DNA from: a virus
Virus record (IMG/VR): IMGVR_UViG_3300045988_183350
Length of the DNA: 64,000 bases
Strand: one strand, 5' to 3'
The first letter of the stretch is position 1. Every line of letters starts with the position of its first letter. The notes under the pieces were generated by a model, which saw only the letters and a list, made by a program, of their open reading frames with translations, did not search any database and was not told where the DNA came from. Both the position numbers and the translations under genes were made by a program. This document shows positions 18,802 to 27,574 of the stretch, piece after piece.

Positions 18802-18891
18802 TAAAATAAATGTAAAAAAACTTTAAAAAAAAGGGTTTACTTTTATTTTAAATATGATATAATATAAATATATATTTTAACTTTAAAATAT

Positions 18892-18964
18892 GGTCTCGTA
18901 GCGCAGCTGGTTAGCGCACTTGCCTGTCACGCAAGGGGTCGCGGGTTCGAATCCCGTCGGGACC
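18892..18964 (+). tRNA. tRNA-Asp (anticodon GTC)
   Basis: GGTCTCGTAGCGCAGCTGGTTAGCGC-ACTTGC-CTGTCAC-GCAAG...CGGGTTCGAATCCCG; own promoter at 18833-18863. Confidence 0.7.
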
Positions 18965-18965
18965 G

Positions 18966-19457
18966 TTCGATTTTAATGTTAACGGCAAATAGACTATTTA
19001 GTCTATAGCTCCGTGAGAGTTTAGCACTCTCTAACATTAAAATCATCTGCCCAGCCTAGGGGCAATACAGTATGGCAACATGCTGAAAGGAATTGTTTGA
19101 GACAACGTTCCGCCAGGTGAAAGCCTGGTTAATTAGGCAATCCATTTTTTAAATCAAACCAATGTAATGCTCCAGAGCTTCCTCACGGGAAGTCCTTCGG
19201 GAACTTTTGGCAGAAAGTCATAAGTTGACTAGCTAGCAAAGTTAGCTTGTGGGCAACGGAGTAGTAAAATGGAAGGATTAGTAGTTAGCCTATGCAGGGG
19301 CTAGCGGAATCCATGGTAATACGTAAATGGTTGGCGGATTATGATAAGTATTATCGAGTTTCATATACCGTAGCGGGTAGCGAAATAATAAATTGGCGTG
19401 GAGCATTTTGTCGGTCAAAAGCTGACGAAACTCCGAGGCACAGCACGTCAATGTCTC
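18966..19457 (+). ncRNA. Unassigned ~490-nt highly structured non-coding segment (candidate ncRNA; identity unresolved)
   Basis: No ORF; many stable hairpins (AGACTATTTAGTCT, GAGAGTTTAGCACTCTC, GGGAAGTCCTTCGGGAACTT); sits inside the tRNA operon. Confidence 0.3.
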
Positions 19458-19535
19458 ATAGGTAATTAGCTCACGTTGGTAGAGCAGTTGACAGTAAATC
19501 GATAGGTCGTGGGTTCGATTCCCACATTACCCTCC
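19458..19535 (+). tRNA. tRNA-like element, anticodon GTA (Tyr), atypical (A33, short variable arm, A1:C72)
   Basis: AGGTAATTAGCTCACGTTGGTAGAGC-AGTTGA-CAGTAAA-TCGAT-AGGTC-GTGGGTTCGATTCCCAC-ATTACCC; the 3' end resembles a tmRNA/tRNA T-arm. Confidence 0.4.
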
Positions 19536-19855
19536 AGGAAAGCGAAAGTCTGTGTCAGACTTAAAAAGAAAGAACATTAAATCCATACAGTTTTTACTGA
19601 ATATGGAGGCGTTACGAGCTCGCAAGCAAGTATCGCTTTAGTCCAAGTATTTCCGCAAACTTGAGCCGTACAACTCAGGTCTAACGAAATCGGGCCGAGT
19701 AAGTTTAGGTCTTAAGAGTTAGCATCACTCGCGGGTTTGTAACCGTAAACGATGAATGTTTGTGAGATACAACTGGGAACAGTTGTGGATAAGTGATTAA
19801 CCAATAAGGTCACTAAAGGCTCACATTTTAATGCCGTAATCTCAGGCATGACTAA

Positions 19856-19937
19856 TCCAGGATAGCCAAGCGGTAAGGCATGGGACTTTGACTCCTAGAC
19901 GCGCTGGTTCGAATCCAGCTCCTGGAATTCCATTTAA
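19856..19937 (+). tRNA. tRNA-Gln (anticodon TTG)
   Basis: Acceptor TCCAGGA/TCCTGGA; anticodon arm TGGGA-CTTTGAC-TCCTA; T-arm GCTGGTTCGAATCCAGC. Confidence 0.55.
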
Positions 19938-20025
19938 AATTAAGAAATGAGGAAACATAAAATGAAAACAAATACAAATACAAAACGATGTTGGACAACT
20001 TTTTAATTTAGTATATTATTAAGTT

Positions 20026-20103
20026 GTCTGTGTAGCCAAGTGGTTTAAGGCGGTGGATTGCAACCCCACTATTTTTTCGCAGGTTCGAATCCTGTCGCAG
20101 ACT
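20026..20103 (+). tRNA. tRNA-Cys (anticodon GCA)
   Basis: Acceptor GTCTGTG/CGCAGAC; anticodon loop TTGCAAC; T-arm GCAGGTTCGAATCCTGT. Confidence 0.5.
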
Positions 20104-20605
20104 TAAAATGAAAGGATGATATAAAAAAATGTTTAATTCAGACATTCACAAATTGATGGCACATGCACCAACTCATGTTCGTGAACTTCCAATGTTCAAA
20201 GAACACCTATCACACATGGTTGCTCAAACAAGCCATCAGAAACAAGAAAAGAAAGACTAACAAATTGTTAGCCTTTTCTTTTTATTCATTTTGAGATATA
20301 ATTATAGTATAATATTTATTCATTAACCAAAATGCACTATTTATGTACTTATTATTCGTAGTATTTAAATACAAGTACACCTTTTTGGAAAAAAATGATA
20401 AAAAAGGGTTTACTTTTATGAGTTTTATGTTATAATACTAAATGTACTGGTAAATTAGAGCCTAGTATATGAGTGTTATGCACATAAATAAACCCAATCT
20501 TAAAAAATTTTTTAAAAAATTATAAAAATAAGGTTTACTTTTATTTTAAATGCGCTATAATGTATGTATAATCAATAAATATTAAATAAAAAGAGGTAAA
20601 AAAAC

Positions 20606-23167
20606 ATGAAATCTAATAAAAAAACACTTTCAACCATCGCTGCAGCTGCAGCTGTCGTAACTGCATCAGGTACAGTCGTTGCACATGCTGATACAACCGA
20701 TGTAACAGTTAATGCAAATACTGCTCCTACAACTGAAACAGTAAAACCTGCTGAAAATACAGGTGTCACTGCTGAACCAACTAATTTGCAAGAAGCTGAA
20801 ACTAATCTTTCACAGATTGAACCAGCCTATCAAAATGCGGTCGCAGAACAATCAAATGCGCAAACTAATTTAAATGCGGCAACAGATGCACAAAATCAAG
20901 CAGTTGAGTTTGCCAATCAAAATGCACGAGCTTTGAATGATGCAAATGCACAGCTTGACTCAAAAGCCGCTGAACTTAGCGACGCTAAGAATGACCAGGC
21001 TAATGCACAAGCTGATGTCAATGCAGCTGAACAAGCTCTTAATAAAGAAGTTGCCAAAAATCCAACAGCTGAAGCTGATTTGACTCAAGCGGAAACTGAC
21101 GCTCAAAAAGCAAATCAAGCAAAAGTTGCCGCTGAAAACCACGAAGCTGATGTGCAAAAAGAAATTGCAAAAGCTGACAAATCTGCGGGTGAATTGTCTG
21201 AAAAAGTTGCAAAAGAACAAGGTTCAGTAGACACTTTGGCAAAACAAGCTCAAGATTTGGCTAAAACTTCTGACGAAGCACACAAAGCACAAGCTGACGC
21301 TGAAAATGAATTGGCTGAAAAACAAACTGAAGTGAACACTAAAGTGGCTAAATTGCAAAGTGATGTGGACAACGCATCAACTGATGACATTATCACGTAC
21401 GAACGTACAGACGCGAAAACACTTAACGGATTTGACTATGACCGTGACGACGCGAATGAAGGCGCTGGTAAAACTAAGGAAGTTGTCATCACTGACGGTA
21501 AAGAAACTGTTAATATTAATTTGACTCCAGAACAACAATTGGATTACCAATCAACAGGTGGATTCACTTACACACCAAATATGGCAGAAGTGAACAAACA
21601 TTTGGTTGCTTACATTAATCGTCTTCGCGAAATCAATGGTATTACTGACAAAGTAACTACAGATGACGTTGCTCAAGCATTCGCTCAAGCTCGTGCAGAT
21701 GAATTGACAAAAAATGATGTATTGTCTCACCACTCATCAATGGGTCATCCACATTCTTGGGAAAATATTGGCGGCGTTATGTACAACACTAGCAGCAACT
21801 ACTTTTACAATCCGTACATTGTATTGTCTGACCAACAATTCGCTTACATGGAATTGGCTCACTGGTTTGCCGAATACCGTAATGCCGCATCAGGCGCAGG
21901 AAGTGTACAATATGGACACCGCCTTGCATTGCTCTTCTCAGTAGGTAATGTTGGATTTGGTGCTACAAATAAACCTGGCACTGAAGCCAATGAATTCGAC
22001 GGTTATGCGTCACTAAATGTATTTGCATATCCAGGTCAAAGTTCGAAATCTGAAGCACTTAAAAATGTTACTTACGAAAACGAAGATGGCCGTTTGGTAA
22101 TGTACCTTAACGGTAAACGTGTGAAATTCTTGCCTGAAATCACATTTAACTATGTATCAAACAAGAAAATTGTAACACCATCAACAGCTAAACAAGATGC
22201 TCAAGCGCGTCTTGACGCTTACAAAGCTGAAGCTGCGAAAGTATTGGCCGAAGCTCAAACTAAAGTTAACGAAGCAAAAGCACAAACAGCTGATATTGAC
22301 GGTCAATTGGCTAAAGTTAATGCAGATTTGGCATCACACCAAGCATCTCTTGATAGTCTTAAAGCTGAATTGGCTAACTCTAAATCAATTTCAAATGATT
22401 TGAAAGCTCGTCTTGTCGAAGCTACTGCTGACGTGAATGCGACAAAAGCTGACAAAGAAAAAGCTGACGCGAAACTTGCTGAAATCAAAGCTCAAAACAA
22501 AGCTTTGACTGAAGCTCGTACTAAATACACTGAAGCTGTCAATAAAGTTGAAACTCTTAAAGAAAACGTTCAAAAACTTGAATCTGACATTAAAGGTTTG
22601 ACTGAAACTCGTGACGGTCTTGCAGCTAAACAAGATGGTTTGAACAAAGCTGTCGAAACTGCAAAAGCTAAAGTCGCTGAAGCTAAAACCGCTTATGAAG
22701 CTGCGAAAACAAAAGCAAATGAATTGACTAAAGCCTACGTGAAAGCTCAAGCTGACGTGCTTAAATTCACACCTAAAGAAGCTCCAAAACCTGAAGTAAA
22801 CCAAGGTGCAAACGTTGAAGTGAAACCAGAGGCAAAAGTTGAAGTAAAACCAGGCCAAGCAGGTGTTAAAACAAATGGTCAAACTGTGGCTAAAACAAAT
22901 GGTCAAACAGCTCAAGTACAACCAGGTACAGTGGCGACTCAAACAGCCAATGGTACACACGTAAACGTGAATTACGTGGCTCAAGCGACGCCTGAAACTG
23001 GTTCAGTAAAAGCGGATGGCGCATTTGTTGGCTCACGTGTGGCTAAACATACAAACGAATTGCCATCAACTGGTGACAATGGTTCAATGCTCGGTGCAGC
23101 TGGACTCGCAATTGTATCGGCGCTTGGATTGGCTGGATTTGTGAACCGTCGTCGTAAAAATAGTTAA
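20606..23167 (+). CDS. LPXTG-anchored surface protein with long coiled-coil (M-protein-like) regions and a central globular domain
   Basis: Signal peptide; Ala/Glu/Lys-rich heptads; C-terminal LPSTGD + hydrophobic segment + RRRKNS sortase signal; tandem promoters at 20406-20436 and 20531-20562. Confidence 0.65.
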   Translation: MKSNKKTLSTIAAAAAVVTASGTVVAHADTTDVTVNANTAPTTETVKPAENTGVTAEPTNLQEAETNLSQIEPAYQNAVAEQSNAQTNLNAATDAQNQAVEFANQNARALNDANAQLDSKAAELSDAKNDQANAQADVNAAEQALNKEVAKNPTAEADLTQAETDAQKANQAKVAAENHEADVQKEIAKADKSAGELSEKVAKEQGSVDTLAKQAQDLAKTSDEAHKAQADAENELAEKQTEVNTKVAKLQSDVDNASTDDIITYERTDAKTLNGFDYDRDDANEGAGKTKEVVITDGKETVNINLTPEQQLDYQSTGGFTYTPNMAEVNKHLVAYINRLREINGITDKVTTDDVAQAFAQARADELTKNDVLSHHSSMGHPHSWENIGGVMYNTSSNYFYNPYIVLSDQQFAYMELAHWFAEYRNAASGAGSVQYGHRLALLFSVGNVGFGATNKPGTEANEFDGYASLNVFAYPGQSSKSEALKNVTYENEDGRLVMYLNGKRVKFLPEITFNYVSNKKIVTPSTAKQDAQARLDAYKAEAAKVLAEAQTKVNEAKAQTADIDGQLAKVNADLASHQASLDSLKAELANSKSISNDLKARLVEATADVNATKADKEKADAKLAEIKAQNKALTEARTKYTEAVNKVETLKENVQKLESDIKGLTETRDGLAAKQDGLNKAVETAKAKVAEAKTAYEAAKTKANELTKAYVKAQADVLKFTPKEAPKPEVNQGANVEVKPEAKVEVKPGQAGVKTNGQTVAKTNGQTAQVQPGTVATQTANGTHVNVNYVAQATPETGSVKADGAFVGSRVAKHTNELPSTGDNGSMLGAAGLAIVSALGLAGFVNRRRKNS

Positions 23168-23176
23168 TTAAATCTG

Positions 23177-23204
23177 AAAATAGCCTAAATTTAGGCTATT
23201 TTTT
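23177..23204 (+). terminator. Rho-independent terminator
   Basis: AAAATAGCCTAAATTTAGGCTATTTTTT. Confidence 0.65.
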
Positions 23205-23276
23205 AGTAAAATTAAGGCTTACTTTACTTTGATTTTGTGATATAATAATCATATAAAAGTATAGGAGGCTAATGAA

Positions 23277-23507
23277 ATGACTGTTACTGTGTATTCAAAA
23301 GATAAATGTCAGCAATGCAAAGGTGTAAAACGCTGGTTGAAGTCTAATGGAATTGCATTTAACGAAATTAATGTTTCGGAACAACCTGAGTACATTCAAG
23401 AAGTCAAAGACCTCGGATTTACGTCACTTCCAGTGGTTAAATCTGGTGATTTGGTCTTTTCAGGCTTGGATATTCCGAAACTTAATGAATTAAAATCGCG
23501 AGGATAA
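23277..23507 (+). CDS. nrdH: NrdH-like glutaredoxin (redoxin for class Ib ribonucleotide reductase)
   Basis: MTVTVYSKDKCQQCKGVKRWL...LPVVKSGDLVFSGL: a CxxC motif in an NrdH-like context. Confidence 0.7.
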   Translation: MTVTVYSKDKCQQCKGVKRWLKSNGIAFNEINVSEQPEYIQEVKDLGFTSLPVVKSGDLVFSGLDIPKLNELKSRG

Positions 23508-23509
23508 GA

Positions 23510-23707
23510 ATGTCAAAAAAGAAAAAATACAAGCATTCGTTGATTAAAGCTGAAAAGCAAGCTAAAAAATTAACGAATTTTAAGCCTGAATTGTATGCTG
23601 ATACAGTTCCGGAATTTAATCCCGAATTGCATGCAGAGGTTGAACCTCTCAAACAGCATAATGTCGATGTAAGTGTAACGGAAACAACAATAGTTGAATT
23701 TCCCTAA
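23510..23707 (+). CDS. Small basic hypothetical protein
   Basis: 65-aa ORF immediately after nrdH. Confidence 0.4.
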   Translation: MSKKKKYKHSLIKAEKQAKKLTNFKPELYADTVPEFNPELHAEVEPLKQHNVDVSVTETTIVEFP

Positions 23708-23728
23708 TTAATGAAAGGTAATATTAAT

Positions 23729-24652
23729 ATGTCAAAATACGATAACGAAATCAAAGCCGCTGAAGCTCATTTGGCTGAACTTAAAGCAAAAAAAGCACAA
23801 GAAAACGAAACTCACGGATTTAATTTCCGTGACATTGCCGAAATCTTTGGTGGTCAAAAAGTAACTGAAGATAAAGCTCAAGAAGGTCGCAAAGCTGATT
23901 TGGAAGAATACCTTGGTATTAACAAGGACCACGAAGCAACTCACGAAGACGTATATGTCGTTGAGGTGTCACCTGAAGCTTATGCTGAACTTAGCCGTTT
24001 GCTTGAGGATGGCGAAGCAACTGACGACGAAATTCGCGAACAGTTGAACGAACTTGAAAAACTTTTTGCTGAAACTCGTGGTGAAGGCGAAGCTGAAACA
24101 CCTGATTTTGGTAAAATCTTCAATGATACTGTTGCATCTGTGAAAACTAAAGGTGAAGAATTGTTCACTAAAGTTAAAGATTCAGATACTGTTGCAAAAG
24201 TTCGTGAAAACGAATTGTTCAACAAAGCACAAACCAAAGCAACTGACTGGTTCACTAAAGCAAAAGAAAAAGCAACTGACGTGGTTGAAGCTGGTAAAGA
24301 TAAGTTTTATGAAATCAAAGACGATTACGAATACTTTAAAGAACTTAAAGCTAAATACCCAGATGCTGAGTTTGTAAAACTTAGCGAAGATACATTCAGT
24401 GTACGCTTGCCACAATTCGGAAATGATTTTGTGTTTACATTTGTAGACGAACATAGCCTTGTAGGTGTGGATTACGTTGCCGAAGAAGAACACGAACCAG
24501 CACCTGTTCATGAAGATGGTTTTATTACAAGTATCGTCTCAGGTCATGCACATGTACACCACAAGATTGAATTCGTAAACGAGATTGAGGTTGAAGGCAT
24601 TGACGACGTTGACACACTTGCTGAAGTTTTGGATGATTACTTCACTCTTTAA
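23729..24652 (+). CDS. Acidic hypothetical protein
   Basis: About 307 aa, Glu/Asp-rich; start chosen at the ATG with RBS AAAGG (track ORF begins at 23711). Confidence 0.45.
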   Translation: MSKYDNEIKAAEAHLAELKAKKAQENETHGFNFRDIAEIFGGQKVTEDKAQEGRKADLEEYLGINKDHEATHEDVYVVEVSPEAYAELSRLLEDGEATDDEIREQLNELEKLFAETRGEGEAETPDFGKIFNDTVASVKTKGEELFTKVKDSDTVAKVRENELFNKAQTKATDWFTKAKEKATDVVEAGKDKFYEIKDDYEYFKELKAKYPDAEFVKLSEDTFSVRLPQFGNDFVFTFVDEHSLVGVDYVAEEEHEPAPVHEDGFITSIVSGHAHVHHKIEFVNEIEVEGIDDVDTLAEVLDDYFTL

Positions 24653-24770
24653 TCATTAAAATTGTCAAAAAACTTAAAAAAAACCTTACAAAAGTAAGGT
24701 TTTTTCATTTACTTTTATTTTATTTGTGGTATAATATAAATAAGTAATTGAATAAGAAAGGATTCATTAT

Positions 24771-25457
24771 ATGACAAATAATGCAATTAAAATGACTAAC
24801 GTTGCCAAAACATATAGCAACGGCGTTAAAGCATTGAGTGATATTAATTTAACTGTGAAACCCGGAGAGTTTGTTTATATTACAGGCCAGTCCGGCTCAG
24901 GTAAATCAACACTCATTAAAAGCTTGTATCGCGAGGAACGTGTGGACGGGGGACGTATTACAGTAAATGATTATGACGTCACTGCTTTAGGTGACTCTGA
25001 GATTTATAAACTCAGACAAGAAATCGGTATTGTCTTCCAAGATTACAAACTCCTTAAAAATAAAACTGTTTATGAAAACATTGTTTACACACTTGATGTG
25101 ACGGACCAAGACCCTGAGACGTTTAGAGCTCGTGTTCTTGAGGTCCTTAAATTCGTAGGTCTTGCCCATAAAATTAATGTGTTCCCAACTGAATTGTCTG
25201 GTGGTGAACAACAACGTGTGGCAATTGCTCGTGCGATTGTAAACCAACCAAAGGTTATTATTGCCGACGAACCTACAGGAAATCTTGACCCTGACACGTC
25301 ATGGGACATTATGAACTTGCTTGAGCGAATCAACCTTAATGGGACAACTGTTCTTATGGTAACACACAACGAAAAAATTGTCAGCAAACTTCGCCACCGA
25401 ACATTGACCATTGAGAGTGGCAAAATCAAATCTGATAAGAAAGAAGCAGGTGAGTAA
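24771..25457 (+). CDS. ftsE: Cell-division ABC transporter ATP-binding protein FtsE
   Basis: Walker A GQSGSGKST, ABC signature LSGGEQQRVAIARA, Walker B IIADEPTGNLD. Confidence 0.8.
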   Translation: MTNNAIKMTNVAKTYSNGVKALSDINLTVKPGEFVYITGQSGSGKSTLIKSLYREERVDGGRITVNDYDVTALGDSEIYKLRQEIGIVFQDYKLLKNKTVYENIVYTLDVTDQDPETFRARVLEVLKFVGLAHKINVFPTELSGGEQQRVAIARAIVNQPKVIIADEPTGNLDPDTSWDIMNLLERINLNGTTVLMVTHNEKIVSKLRHRTLTIESGKIKSDKKEAGE

Positions 25458-25459
25458 AT

Positions 25460-26401
25460 ATGTTCAAACGTAAATGCCAAAAAATTTGGAAGCTCGTAAT
25501 TGCATCATTACTAAATCTTAAACGTAATATTTGGATGTCAGTTATCGCAATTACGTCGACCTCAGTAATGCTTGCTTTGGTTGGTCTATTCGTCGGTGTA
25601 CTTGTAAATACGTCAAAACTAACAAATGATATTGAGAACAAAGTAACAATCAATACTTACTTGGCGACGTCTACAGCCGACAATAGTCAAACTATCAAAA
25701 ATGACCAAGGCCAAGAAGTACCAAACACTGAATACCAAAAAATCAAAACTGAACTTGTTCAGATTGAGGGTGTGAAATCAGTTACATGGTCAAGTAAAGA
25801 CGAGCAATTGAAAAAACTTGTCAAAACAATGGGTAAATCATGGGAAAATATTTCAGGTGACGCCAACCCATTGCATGACACTTATATTGTAAAAGTTAAC
25901 AATCCGAATCAAGTGAAATCAGTTGTCGCAAAAATTAAAAAACTAAATAATATTGCAAAAGTTAATTATGGTGGTGAGACTACTGATAAGATTATTAAAA
26001 TTGCAAATATCACCAAAACTTGGGGTGCAATCGGTATTATTATCTTATTATTTGTTGCGGTCTTCCTTATCTCAAATACAATCCGTATTACAATTATGGC
26101 TCGAAAAGATGAAATCCAAATTACACGTTTGGTTGGTGCAAAAAACAGCTACATTCGTTTGCCATTCATCTTTGAAGGTCTCTGGATTGGTATTTTAGGT
26201 TCGGTGATTCCATCGATTCTTATTGGTTGGGTGTATAACGTTATTTATGCAACTTACAGTCAATCAATCGCCGCTCAAAACTTAGCTTTGGTAACACCAG
26301 GTTCAATGGTAACACGAGTTATCTTAGTTATGATTATCTTGAGTTCATTAATTGGTGCCGGCTCATCACTATTTGCAATGCAAAAGCATCTTAAAATTTA
26401 A
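25460..26401 (+). CDS. ftsX: Cell-division permease-like protein FtsX
   Basis: Immediately follows ftsE; N-terminal TM, large extracellular loop, C-terminal TM bundle (FtsX topology). Confidence 0.7.
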   Translation: MFKRKCQKIWKLVIASLLNLKRNIWMSVIAITSTSVMLALVGLFVGVLVNTSKLTNDIENKVTINTYLATSTADNSQTIKNDQGQEVPNTEYQKIKTELVQIEGVKSVTWSSKDEQLKKLVKTMGKSWENISGDANPLHDTYIVKVNNPNQVKSVVAKIKKLNNIAKVNYGGETTDKIIKIANITKTWGAIGIIILLFVAVFLISNTIRITIMARKDEIQITRLVGAKNSYIRLPFIFEGLWIGILGSVIPSILIGWVYNVIYATYSQSIAAQNLALVTPGSMVTRVILVMIILSSLIGAGSSLFAMQKHLKI

Positions 26402-26440
26402 AATAAAGGAATTCCCTTTATTTTTTTTTTATCAAATAAA

Positions 26441-26470
26441 GGTTTACTTTTATTTTAGTTATGGTATAAT
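26441..26470 (+). promoter_or_regulatory. Conserved promoter plus conserved leader ATAAGTAATGATTAAAGAAATGAGGA
   Basis: The same promoter-leader cassette recurs at 27511, 28931, 62721, 63679 and on the minus strand at 34927, 36474, 37311, 39726. Confidence 0.6.
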
Positions 26471-26503
26471 ATAAGTAATGATTAAAGAAATGAGGACATT
26501 AAA

Positions 26504-27478
26504 ATGGTTTCAAAACGAGACAAAATGATTGAAAACTTAAACCACGAAGACAAGATTAACTTGCTTTGGATGGCGATGAATGGCAATCCACAAAATGTGG
26601 TTTATGGTTATGACGAGATTAAATCATACATTGCTTATATTAAAGCGATTACAAGTAAAAAGAAAATCTCACGAGTGTCGTCTGAAAAAACTCCTTTTGA
26701 CAACTCTGAAAAATCAAAAGAATTCTTTGAAAAGTACCAAGCTAAAGTTGCGTCTATGGCACATTTGACACAGCTAAATGAGGCCGAAATGGTGGACCTT
26801 ATTAAGCGTATCAAAGCTGGTGTCGGCAAAGATAGTCAAACACTTACTGACAATCAGTATAACTTCTTGTATGGTGATTCACACCCTGCCGAATTGCGAG
26901 ATTATATTGACAATATTAAATTGCCAACACTTACAAAAATTGATTCCCGTACAAAACACGGTAAGGAAATTCTTGAGATGGCGTCACAAGATAAGTACTT
27001 TAATGACCACTTCGCCATTGAAGCTATCTTTGAACCTGACTTTAAGCGTCGTAAATTCCCTAAAAAAGATGGTTGGAAAGTGATGCGAGGCGTTCACGGA
27101 ACGACTAATAAATCATTGCTTGGTATTTTGAATGGTGGGTTTAAGTTGGCAAGCCAATTGCGAAAAGATGGAGCTGATTTTAAATATATGGGCTCAGCTT
27201 TTGGTGACGCGATTTATTTTGCTCGCCTTGACCAAATTTCAAAGCCAATCAATTATATGGACAGCTCATATCCAACAACATATATTATTGTTGCAGACCT
27301 TTATTACAAAGATAAAGTTGACATTAAGCTTGGTGGTATGCGTTTTGATGGCTCAACACATTATACAGGCGAAAACCTTGTTCACGCTCACGACGCTGGT
27401 CGTTACAATCGTGACGAATTGATGGTTCAACCAAATCAAATAGATATTCGTTATATCCTCCAAGTGGGACGCAAATAG
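26504..27478 (+). CDS. PARP-like ADP-ribosyltransferase (catalytic H-Y-E-type fold)
   Basis: 'VMRGVHGTTNKSLLGILNGGFKLAS...YMGSAFGDAIYFARLDQISKPINY' parallels the PARP1 catalytic core '[23 protein letters not shown]...[20 protein letters not shown]'. Confidence 0.55.
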   Translation: MVSKRDKMIENLNHEDKINLLWMAMNGNPQNVVYGYDEIKSYIAYIKAITSKKKISRVSSEKTPFDNSEKSKEFFEKYQAKVASMAHLTQLNEAEMVDLIKRIKAGVGKDSQTLTDNQYNFLYGDSHPAELRDYIDNIKLPTLTKIDSRTKHGKEILEMASQDKYFNDHFAIEAIFEPDFKRRKFPKKDGWKVMRGVHGTTNKSLLGILNGGFKLASQLRKDGADFKYMGSAFGDAIYFARLDQISKPINYMDSSYPTTYIIVADLYYKDKVDIKLGGMRFDGSTHYTGENLVHAHDAGRYNRDELMVQPNQIDIRYILQVGRK

Positions 27479-27499
27479 GCTAAATTTAGCCTATTTTTT
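27477..27499 (+). terminator. Rho-independent terminator
   Basis: AGGCTAAATTTAGCCTATTTTTT. Confidence 0.6.
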
Positions 27500-27574
27500 A
27501 TTACATAAAAGGTTTACTTTTATTTTTTATGTGGTATAATATAAGTAATGAATAAAGAAATGAGGAAACAAAAC

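Noticed and set aside
18966-19535. Considered calling this a tmRNA (the 3' end resembles tmRNA T-arm/acceptor)
   Set aside because: The 3' acceptor strand ATTACCC pairs with AGGTAAT only 77 nt upstream, giving a complete tRNA-like cloverleaf with an anticodon arm. No GGGG...TTCGAC 5' tRNA-like half and no convincing tag-peptide frame ending in ALAA were found at the start of the region. Left as unassigned ncRNA plus a tRNA-like element.
20606-23167. Considered the whole window to be ordinary bacterial chromosome because of LPXTG, FtsEX, HU and CHAP proteins
   Set aside because: Not rejected outright. Judged less likely than a large phage or mobile element because of the uniform promoter-leader cassettes on nearly every gene and tRNA, the tRNA array with per-gene promoters, the origin next to a P4-type primase-helicase, and the predominance of ORFans. 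Both readings are kept in the summary.
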